A program made the translations under genes and the position numbers. DNA of 64,000 nt from Fimbriosthenelais zetlandica (Eukaryota): NCBI GenBank assembly GCA_977030845.1, contig OZ365115.1, forward strand, positions 14,508,001 to 14,572,000. The letters are read 5' to 3'. Positions within the stretch are counted from its first letter, which is position 1. Each line of letters begins with the position of its first letter. Below are positions 26,184 to 36,983 of this stretch, piece after piece. Below the pieces are notes generated by a model. That model did not search any database, had not been told where the DNA came from, and was given only the letters and a program-made list of their open reading frames with translations.

Positions 26184-29100
26184 TCATTGTTCATTGTTGA
26201 GGTGACTCGTGGCAGGCACGGTGTTGTCCAGTAGATGTTTGATGGCTGGCACCTTACGGAGAACTCGTGGAAGTTTGAACTGTGGATTCACACGAGCTCC
26301 CATCAAAATAGGCACCATGGACTCAATGGTGCCGGGCTTCACCTGTACACAGGTAGAAATATTAATAAGGAAATGAATAATTTCTATTATATATCTTCCC
26401 AAAAGGACCTAGACATGAAATACTAATACCTGGTACTCCAACAGGAGAGGTATTTTACTTTTAGTGAGACTTATATATATTGTTACCATGGTTACTGATT
26501 GGTACACACCTGTATCACCTCGACAACTGCGATGTTACCGACGTCCTTAAACCGCTTATAGGGGGCGTACATCTCCACTAACTGACCGTCAATCTGAAAT
26601 ACCAAACATTGTCATAAGACATTCATGCTAGCCCTCATATTAGTTGACCATTATTTATTTATTTACATGTATGTAACTTTAATATTTAAATATTACCTTT
26701 TCGCCCAAGTCAGACAAGAGTTCTGGGTCCTTCACTTCATTGAACTCAACAAAGAAGACGTAATGTCCCTGGGTTTCTTTCCCTGTAAAGCACAAAATAA
26801 GTTTTAAATGTTGAATTGTGAAAACATGAATTAGGTTCACTATTATGAATGATATACTAGGTAATATTTACCTAGTATTTGGTCAGTGACTGTGCTCTCT
26901 GTGGTGGTAATATTTACCTAGTATTTGGTCGGTGACTGTGCTCTCTGTGGTGGTAATATTTACCTAGTATTTGGTCAGTGACTGTGCTCTCTGTGGTGGT
27001 AATATTTACCTAGTATTTGGTCGGTGACTGTGCTCTCTGTGGTGGTATAGTTGGCCATGCCATCTTTCAGGTGTAGTTTAGTAGTTGCCTTGTCTAAAGC
27101 TTCATAAAGAAACTTCTCAGGTGTTCTCTCATAGGCGATGTTCAGCCTCTGACCCAGCCTGTAGATGCAGACAATAATATAAGGTTTTTAGCTTAATAAT
27201 AGATAAATATAAGAAAGTCTTGATTGCACTTTATATACCTCATAGAAAAAAATACGAAAAGAAAAAATAGTCAAACTATAGTGAGGCTTACCTGTACATG
27301 AATTGGTACTTTGGAAGACGATTTTCAAATCCGACTATTTTGATGACGTCACCGTACCTACACCGGTACAAACCGTTTATGTTGGTATGAACCACTTCAT
27401 AAAACTGACCTACTTCCAGCTGAAAATAAGTCAAGAGAAATGTACTTTTATCATACATTTTGAACTCACTCATTTGACATTTTTATATGGTCATATTCCA
27501 TGCTCCTGTTCCTAATTTTCAGTTACAATATTATTGAGTAACAAATAAGGAACTGAAGGATGCGTCCTTCATTGGTCCTTGAACATGCCAGACATTGGCG
27601 ACATGGCTGACCTTTATATGCCTCTAACTGTACACAGTGGAAAAGAAGGTATACATGGGAGACATGTTATCCCATTTAGATCAATGTCAAATTAGTAACA
27701 TACATGGAAAATTACTTGTTCTTTTGCATTTGTATACCAATTATATCCTAATGTCCTAATTATAACCTACCTGGTCAATGTTGACCGTGTCTGGGGCGTC
27801 TTCCTCCACATCCTCCAGTCGTACAAACTCCATGAAGCAGAAGGCGGGGTACATGGTGATAGTCTCTCCCACCCACGGCTCCTCCTCCATGTTCAGTCCA
27901 GTCAGTCCTTCTGTAGCTCCGTGAGCAAAGCCTACCACCTTCACTCCCTTCATCTGCCTCTCCATCAGCTGATCTGCCAGCATCTTAAAGCCAGCTGATT
28001 TACCCATCAAGATGTAGTCCATGGTGGGCCACACCCTCCTGAACAGCCCCACTGGTCCATCCTCCATGGCCTTCCTCAAGTAATCCGCTCTCTCCGGGTC
28101 AGACTTCAGTTTGCTGGACAGAGCAATCCGTACGTCCTCTGACATTGTCACCACACTGCCCACTCTCCCTCTCTCAATATCGTCACACAGATCACTCCAG
28201 TTCATCATCATGAACTTGACGAAGGAATTAGTAAGATCTGCTGAAAATGATAGGATCTGGCCAAGTTCTGGTTCGGCGAGAGAGAAGATAGCCATGGCGT
28301 AGAAAGATGCCCGTTCTTCCTCTAGATTCTTGTACTCTACAGGAATGAGGTTGTACTTTGGGATTGCAATAAGGGCTTGGGATCCAGCACCCAGTGGTTC
28401 TCCACCTTTTGTTTTGCGCATTTGTGAGAAAATATGGAAAAAGAAGTTCCTCTTCAAATTCAGCATAGGTAGAAGTTTCATGTACATCAGGCCCAGAGCT
28501 TTCCGTATTTCCCTCAGATATGTCTTTCTGATCGGGTAAACTTTAGCCTGGCCTGTTGTGCCTGAAGTACTCGCATACACTATGGTTTCGTCATTGTATA
28601 GTATATTTTTCTCTCCGTCCATCATCTTTGTTACGTACGTTCTATAGTGGGTCTCTGTTGTGATGGGGTGACGTCTCTTGAAGTCAGCCAGAGTGCGAAT
28701 CTCCCTGAATTTATACTCTCTCCCATACTCCGTATCTTCGTTCAGCTTCAGGATTTTCATCAGAGTTTCTATATTGTACTGAAATATACATAACATATAA
28801 TGTAGTTAGAATTATTCTGATACAAAATGACAATTCCTTCATTTATGGAACAAGTAAAGCAGTAAGGTCTTGAACAGAGCGTTTTGCAGTTGCGTTCATG
28901 GTGCAGGAGACTATAGAAGTTGCTGGCTTTCTTTGACAAAAACACAAGCAACCATAAGCCTTCTGTGTTACCTTTTGTGGCTCCTTGGTGAGTTCGGTAT
29001 AGAAGGGTCGTTTAAGAGCCACATAGATCCTGATGACAGCAGTGACACCATATTGTGACAGTAGAGTGGCAATAGTGTGACTGTCAGCTGGTGTCAGTCG

Positions 29101-30099
29101 CCAGATATCCAGACAAACCAGAGAGGCGAGAACCAGGACCACCAACACAGCACCTGAAACATTACATTCTATTACATTTCTTGGGACAACTATTTCTATA
29201 AATAGCGATCGTGGTTGTGCCCTGCTGCAGGCCATTGTACAACCATAGGCTAGAACATTGTTATATAAAAACCAAATCTGCATGTAAATACAATGGGCAG
29301 TATAGGGCCTTATGTGTCTATTTCTGATCATACTTCTGTTGGATAGAACCCTTACAATACACTTGCATATTTACATATACATATTTAAATATGCAATAGG
29401 CGGATGTCATTTCATAATATACAATTATACATACTTTGACATTTGTTAGATATTTAGTTGTAGGCCTATACTACAGAAAACTTATCTTCTACATGTGACA
29501 AATATTTGCTTAATACTTTATTGTTTTTTGTTATATTTGCTAAGCCTGATTAGATTATACCAAATATCCTTCTATGGACTTTGATTTAATCAATACGCCT
29601 CTAATCTGGTATTATATACTGCAGCCTTATTTCTCTAGAAATATAATGTATATTTTCCCTATTATTGAAGCACTCAATGTCTATAGAGATTATCCTGGCA
29701 TGTTCAGGCACGGATTTAGGATATCAATATAAAAAGTATTGATTTGATTTCATTCCTTTCCGTGTCCTTTTGGCTTGTGCACATACATAATATTTTTTTT
29801 AATGAATTGCTATTATCTAAATATCTAGTTACTATTTCTTCAAAAATCTCCAAAAGCGTAGACCTGAAGTTGGTCACAAAATTTGAGTCGCAGATTTCAG
29901 GTGAAATCAACAAAAGTATCATGATTGTGCAGAAATTTAAGAATAATTATAAGTAAATCTAGAATTTACCAAATGAGATGAACCAGGTGAGTGAGGCGTT
30001 CCTTGACCAGGCATTAAAGATGTAACTGGCCGTAGCTACAGCCAGAGCCGCCAGAAACAAGGCAGTCTGCAGCGCGCGCCGCTCCCACTTCTCTCCCAT
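26184..30099 (-). CDS. GHDC: GH3 domain-containing protein (GHDC-like), tandem copy B, 8 coding exons, 641 aa
   Basis: Exons 30099-29970, 29153-28972, 28778-27771, 27419-27292, 27158-27010, 26782-26697, 26593-26510, 26342-26184. Sizes and phases match copy A, except exon 3 is one codon shorter. Motifs YASTSGTTG, HGATEG, LYRCRYGD, QFKLPRV. Confidence 0.92.
26862..27048 (-). repeat. 46-bp tandem repeat (4 units) duplicating the 3' end of exon 5 and its splice donor, copy B
   Basis: Donor G at 27009, 26963, 26917, 26871; units alternate cagtg/cggtg (92-bp dimer). Confidence 0.9.
27771..28778 (-). CDS. GHDC: GH3 copy B exon 3 (1008 nt; adenylation core)
   Basis: ORF 27756..28796 trimmed to acceptor ttcag|TACAAT (28778) and donor CAG|gtaggt (27771). 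Confidence 0.93.
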
Positions 30100-30404
30100 C
30101 TTCTTCGCTTTCACTCGTCCAAGTAAAATAATACTCACTTAGTGAAGTGGTTATATCTGGGCAGGGATTATCAAGGAGATTATACCTTATCTGTTTAACA
30201 TGAACTTAAGCCTTATCTTCATTGTGCCATTGTGCTATTGATACCTGGAAAAATAGCGTACATGTGAAGGAAAATTGCACCAGTGGATTTTGAGCTTTTC
30301 CTATCTGGTGCCAACCATTAGTATTGCTAATGCTATGGGACATTTCTACGCTGAAACAGGCCCCAGATCTCCTGAGAGATCTTTGTGAGGTGTCTAAGGT
30401 GAGA

Positions 30405-30635
30405 GGTATATAAAGGCTAGCCATGTCCCCCCTGTCTGTGGTGAGAGACAGGTAAAAGACAAGCCATGTTTCCCACTGTCTATGGTGAGAGGCATGTAAA
30501 GGGCCAGGCATGCCTTCCACTGTCTGTGGTGAGAGGCATATAAAAGGCCAGCCATGTCTCGCATGCACTGCCTATGGTTAGGGTCATGTATTGGTGAGAG
30601 GCATGTAAAAAGCCCACTGTTTGTGGTGAGAGACA
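30405..30635 (+). repeat. 44-bp SINE-tail minisatellite upstream of GH3 copy B
   Basis: About 5 units of agccatgt...ctgtggtgagaggcatgtaaaag. Confidence 0.7.
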
Positions 30636-31490
30636 CTTCAATGAAACCACAATCATTTGCCCAACATTATCAGATAGAAAAAGATCAATATAGGTCAGTA
30701 ATATGAGAAGCCACTTGACTTGCCTTAAAAGAAATAAAAAATAATCGTTTCACTTTCCGAGTCGACCAAGATACAAGTGAAAAAGCTTGCCATATCATGC
30801 CTCCAATCAGGATCTGGTGAATTATTAATACTATTACGACAATGGTCGCTGAGAAAAACGACGGTCATTAATGACGAAACAGCTATCTCACTTTAAAAAA
30901 TAATCTATAGCTGATACTAGTGCAATATCCAGATACACCTACAAGGTGGATAATTATACTAAATTATTTCAGATTATTTTTGAACATTGTTTCATCGAAA
31001 TCCCCTCTCAGGGACCTACTTATTTGATGCCATTTTCATCAAGAACATGAGAGGTTTTTAAGAAAGGAAACAATAATTTACATCAAATATAATTGAAGAA
31101 AAATTGAGAAATTGTCAAAGATAATATATTTAGGATTAATTCACTACCCTGTCGATTGAACAAGTTGACAGTTGACATCTATTCATTTTTAAAGCTGAGA
31201 AAGCTAAATAAAAGTCACTTTTTCTTTATTTTTATGTCATTAGTGACTTTGTGAAAATGTCTTAATTGATGAAGTGTTAATTATAGATGAAGCTTTCCTT
31301 TCTGTAAAGCCAATAAGTCATGATTGTTGCCTTTAGCCGGTTTGTACTCGGGCCGTGTGAATGAACAATTAAAGACGATAGACATTTAACCTCCAGAGTC
31401 ACTCCATGACTTCTTTGGTGCATGTTACTTAACTTATTCTAGGACTAATGTTTCCAGTCTGGAACTTTTTCCTTCTTGGAACAAGACTTA

Positions 31491-31699
31491 AGCCGAGACT
31501 CCACTGCTGCGATAGGCCTATAGCTTGCGACACTACTGCGACAAAGGTGATGCTTGTATCGCAATAAAATTTATAAATTGTGTTTGAAGAGTGCAAGGCT
31601 TTAAGACCGTTTTCCACTGGTACATTTCTCGTTGCGACACAAGCATCACCTTTGTCGCAATAGTGTCACAAGCAAAATCGCATCAGTGGAGTCCCGCTT
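31491..31699. mobile_element. Foldback MITE, Harbinger-like
   Basis: Long inverted arms (agccgagactccactg...gcgacaaaggtgatgcttgt vs acaagcatcacctttgtcgc...cagtggagtcccgct), TTA flanks. Partial related ends at about 37095-37170 and 41085-41160. Confidence 0.7.
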
Positions 31700-34159
31700 T
31701 TAGGTTCATTTAGTTCATGCAATTACAGTTAAGTTAGAGAAAAACTCTCACAGTTTCAGGTGTATCAGCAGTTCCACCTTATTAGGGATCACTTTAAATT
31801 GGTTTAAATTCAGAGGTAGGCTACTGATAATATATTATTTGTGAATATAGGACTATACTTCAACGAACATAGATTTATAATATCTAAGATCTGAGAATGA
31901 TCTTTGAGACTGTAGTATTTCGCATGTTGACATGAGAGAGCACTATAGCCGTCTATAAGAGCGGAGTAAAATGATAAAACATGGCGGACAAATAAGTTCC
32001 ATATCCTCAAAATCGTGTACAATGACATGTGAAGCTTTTTCTCTGAAAACCTGTCAGAAATCCACCCAAAAATCCCCTCTTTTATCACGTCCAGACTTTG
32101 ATGTTGGATGTTTTCTGTAAGAAAACATGTAGAGTAGAAAAGATAAGTGGATGTGTGACAAGCTAACTGATGACTACTGTCTGCGCATGGCCGTTTTTAA
32201 CCCCACTTCCGGTTGTAGGCAGCTCCTGACACCTGGTGGGGGGAGCGTTAAACATGACCTTTGTTAATGCATGAAACACCTTGTGTTTTGCTCCTGTGAC
32301 TGACACTTCACACCTACTACACACCTACACCCCTCACCCCCGCCAGATGGCCTACCTGTTACTGTCGTCAAGGTGACAGCTGTACCATAGCAACAGTTGC
32401 CATGACGTTCATCTCCCTCCAAACGTCATTATCAAGCCAGACCACCGCTCTACTGTTTAACATTTGAAAATTTCCCATAGCGAAAGGTTTCACATTAAAA
32501 TGTAAATGATATTTAGAGAAATATCACAAAGGATGTTAACTGTCATAATTGTATACATTCCATATTCATTTTGTGGGATTTTTAAACGTGTAACATTGGT
32601 TTAAAAGCATTGAATTATGAAAATCGTAAAAATTTAAAGGATTACTGCACTTGTCTTCAAAGTGAATATATTAGAGTTTGAGTTCCAAGCTCTGCATGGA
32701 AGATGAAGAAGTTTCTTCTCTTCATTTTTTCACAGAGAATGAGAGAGATTAAGGGGTAGTGCGGGGTGTTTAGGTTAGTGGAGTGATTTAGTGCCTCACC
32801 AGGTGAGAGGGGGTTGGTGGGGGGGGGGGGGGGGGGGCGATGCTAAGCTCCCACCGTTTATGTTAAACTCAATCCCAAGTTAGCATTTCATGAATTGTGG
32901 GAAAATCTATTTTAAACAGTTTCTTGGCATCTTCCCCTCTCTATAGGTCTGTATAAATGATGGCATACACATATATATGCTTATAAGTACAAGTCATTCT
33001 TTTAATAGATTTTTCAGATTTTTTGTTCAAAAAGCATTTTGGGGGCCACAAGGCTACCTCTAGGCTACTTCCTTATCTTGGCTAACCGCTCTCTCCTTCT
33101 TTCTCTCTCCCTCTTTCCCTATCTCCTTCTTTCTTTCTCTCTCTCTCTCTCCCGAAATCCCAGAGTCTTACCAGAATTTTTACCCCGCAATTTTACCAGT
33201 GAAATAGTTCTGTTCCATATTAAAGTCAGTGTCTTTCACTCCACTTATTCATGCAGGTATCTTTACATACCGTTATGTACTTGGAATGCAATGTAGTAGC
33301 CAAGTCCAAAGGTGAGCAAACAACCTTGAGACAGGGACCTATATTTTGTTGGTATTTTTTATGTTAAAGAACTCTATCCATAACTGTCACCTCGACGTTT
33401 ACATTGTCAATAGAAAATTTAATACCTTGCCAAGAGTGGCGGGGAAAAACTAAAGATGGGGTGACTAATATATGGCTCAATCTTAATATTAGAGGATGTA
33501 GGATTTTTGAGGGACGTTGAGGCAGACTTTTCCAGCCATATTATCACATAGGCCTAATCTCATAATTTTATATCACTAATGTCTATATGAAACCGCGCCT
33601 CTCAAAAAATATATTTTCTTTATGGTGAGTAGCATATAGGTAATCCCAAAGTGGGGGAAACAAATTTCCACGTCAAAAATTTTATCCAAGTCTTATTTGC
33701 AGTTTATAAGGTATAGAGCTAGTGTGAGAATGAGTTTTCTAATTACTTATTTACCAAATATAGTCTCAGTTCAGTTTTTATTCCATGATTTGCAGACATA
33801 TTAAACTGTTTGAACGAAGTCCTGAACCCTCTACACCCTCCCACTGGATGGAGCCACATCGTTTACATGTCCATCAAGTTTAGGTTAATTTGAAGGCCCC
33901 CCACCCCCCTACCCTCCCCCCCCCCCCCCCCACCACCACCGCCCACCCCCACCATCACTCCTCGTTCATCAGAAACGTTAGATTCACACCAACACCTGCA
34001 GTCTTGTACATTCACGCCTTGTCAAACACCATTAAACGAATCTAACTCATATAAAAACTGAAAGAAAGGTAGACAGTTGGTCCTACAGTGGTGGATCCAG
34101 AGGGGGGTTGTAGTGGTTGCAAACACCCCAAAGGCCCCATCCACCCTCCAACCAGTTAC

Positions 34160-34363
34160 CTCCCTGAAAAATATAGGGTCTGGCAAACTTGTTTCGGCCG
34201 CAGAAACGGAAGCACAAATTTTGGACACCAATTCGACCAATAGAACATTGACCGAGGCCTCACCAAACTGATCATAAGTTCTGGTTAAATTTGAATTTTT
34301 TAGCCCTTCAACCACAAGATGATATAGTTGCAGGTCGGTCTCCCTTTCACTTTCTAGTTCCAT
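34160..34363 (-). CDS. Probable first coding exon of an unidentified gene (68 aa, MELESERETDLQLYHLVVEGLKNSNLTRTYDQF..., LisH-like appearance)
   Basis: Strong Kozak context gccATGg at 34363 and in-frame donor GAG|gtaact at 34160 (phase 0). Protein-like composition. ETS site (ACCGGAAGT) about 60 bp upstream. Downstream exons not confirmed. Confidence 0.5.
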
Positions 34364-36777
34364 GGCAAAAACGGTTTCGTCAAATTGAACTATTATCCTA
34401 TATACGCTGTGCGAAAGTTGCAACCGGAAGTGTTGTTTTCCAACCTCCTGTAAGACTGCAGCAAGTATTTTTTTTAAATTTGAATTAGGCTAAAAAAGTT
34501 CTACTCAGTAATATTCCAGTGAATATTACCAATTAACAGAATTCCCTGATACGAATTTAGGGGGTGGAGTGACCTTTCTTCCCCACCTTAATTTGTAAAA
34601 ATTTGGCCTGTCCTGTCCTGGCAACAAGACTTACTTATAGGCCTTACATATGAATGATAGCGACCCTGGGAAAATGGTGTATAGAAGGGGTGAAGCTTTA
34701 GTTCTCACACCTGAAATGGAAACCATAGGTTAGCTTGATGCTTTCACTGAGTTCAGGTAATTTACAGGTGAGGTGAATGGAGGTGTAGGACTGGTGTAGG
34801 CAGGTATTGTGAACGTCTAACCGGCCATACGATCACACACTCACAAAACACATTCTACCAGGAGGGAGGGGGTTTACATCGAGAAATAAGTATGATTTGG
34901 TGGTAAGCAACTCTCACCAATCTTTCTGTGTGCATAGAGTCAGATTATTCGTTCATATTTGCATCGCTGCTGTTGTTTTTCGCAACAATTTGCAGTGGGG
35001 CTACAGCTGTCTATGACCTAAGTTGGTTTCTAGTATTTTCTCCGCCAATGCCCAGCCTAGAATCTGGGTCAAACAGTATGAATATAGGTCATAGTAAGGA
35101 GTTTAAAACTCATCGATGATCAGTGATAAATCCTCTTTAAATGATTATAGAAAAGGAAAACATTCTTAAGCAAATCTCTGGTTATTAACTGTATCTCTCT
35201 CACTCTTCTCAGCGAAAGAATCTTGGGCCAGAATTGATGTTGTTAATGGGGCCAACGCTATGCAATCATTCTTTATTTGTTTGTTTTATTTTTAAGATCA
35301 TATCAGCAATTTCTCAGTAGTCTCAATAATATTTACCAATAGAAAGCTAAGCTAGGCTTTCTGTCCATGAGTTGGTATTGTCTGGTAGTACATTGTATTG
35401 GGTTCTGGTAATGATGTAGACTGGGTAGCATGTGAGTGAGTGGGATGGAGCAGTAAAAGACACTACCCTCGTCCCACGGGACTCACAACCCTCCCACGGG
35501 AAGTGACATCATCATGAAAGGTGACGACATTACGTCCCCACGACGCGTCGCCATGACAACTGTTTTATTTACTGATGTATGAGTTATTTCCGCTCCCCGA
35601 CTTACATGGTCTTGTGTTTCGATATCTCTACATGTTCCATCATCATGCCTGACCATTTCATGAATGTATATTGCCCATTTCCAGACTCATTCTTCTCCCT
35701 TAACTTCCCCCTCTTTTCTTCCCCCTAGACTTGTCCGAGTCTTTGTATTGTTCTTTTGTCTTTGTCTATGAGAAACCAATGTAGCTAGGTTTCTATTTTA
35801 TTTTCTATATTATTTTCTATTCCTGAACCTTTATTCACCATTCACCTTTATTTATTGCATGCAATAATTGCTTTATTTTGTTTTATCCTAACCTCCACAA
35901 TGATTTTTGCCTGTCGGAATTCTGCCATTATTACCTCGAGAATTGCCCCATTTATCAATCCTATCCGCTCCCCTGTTTCATGACTATAAAATATATTAGA
36001 ATTGCACTTCTTGGCTAAAAAAAACTATATTGGATATTACAAAAGCCGCTTATACTGAAAAATGTTTTCAGGAATGCTTGTCTGGTTCGTTTCCAATTTG
36101 TTTGAATTGCTGCACATAGTTTAGCAGAAATCAATAGGGAAGTCGTCGGCCTTGGTATGACGTGGGTTGGCGTCGCCATGCCGACCATTGGACCATTCAC
36201 CTCTGACCTCTCGTCAATTCCCGCGGGCCCGAGATCACGCGAGACTTCATGAATGGGCGAGACTTGGAGCCGGGGAGTTGTTGGTTGGAGTGGGAAGAGC
36301 TATGAAAGGAGAGGAAAGGAAATCATGAAAAATTGACATGTTAAAATTGTAAGTGTTCGTGCTGAATTTTTTGGCTGAATTCAAGGGGAAGGGATGATTG
36401 GGAAGACGGGTGGGGGAGGGAAGGATGGGAGGGAGGGAGGGGGAAGAAGTGGTAGTGAGGGCGAGTCATAAAATGGCAAACTTGGCGAGGACCCATCATT
36501 CGGGGGCGAGAAGGTCAGGGAGGGTGTTGGAAATGATCAGGATGCTCATTGTCTGTACGATGAAGTGAATGAACGGCAGGGAGAAAGCCAAGGCGAAATT
36601 TTGTCGGTGAATTATTTTATTCTAAGATCAGTAATTCTAAGATTCATGCCATCAGTAAAAAAAAATCCTTTTGTCTTTTCTTTATCTGTATATATCTCTG
36701 TCTCTGTGTATGTCTGTCCCTCTCTCTATCTCCCTCCCATCTCTGTCTGTTTCTGACTTTCTGTCTGTCCCCATTTC

Positions 36778-36983
36778 NNNNNNNNNNNNNNNNNNNNNNN
36801 NNNNNNNNNNNNNNNNNNNNNNNNNNNNNNNNNNNNNNNNNNNNNNNNNNNNNNNNNNNNNNNNNNNNNNNNNNNNNNNNNNNNNNNNNNNNNNNNNNNN
36901 NNNNNNNNNNNNNNNNNNNNNNNNNNNNNNNNNNNNNNNNNNNNNNNNNNNNNNNNNNNNNNNNNNNNNNNNNNNNNNNNNNN
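36778..36983. other. Assembly gap (206 N)
   Basis: Run of N. Confidence 0.99.

Noticed and set aside
22125-27048. 46-bp and 44-bp repeats as CRISPR arrays
   Set aside because: The units are contiguous with no unique spacers, the context is eukaryotic, and there are no cas genes.
21276-30099. GH3 genes as a recent horizontal transfer or contaminant from plants or bacteria
   Set aside because: Seven canonical introns, host-family TEs inside the introns, and a hydrophobic N-terminus like animal GHDC.
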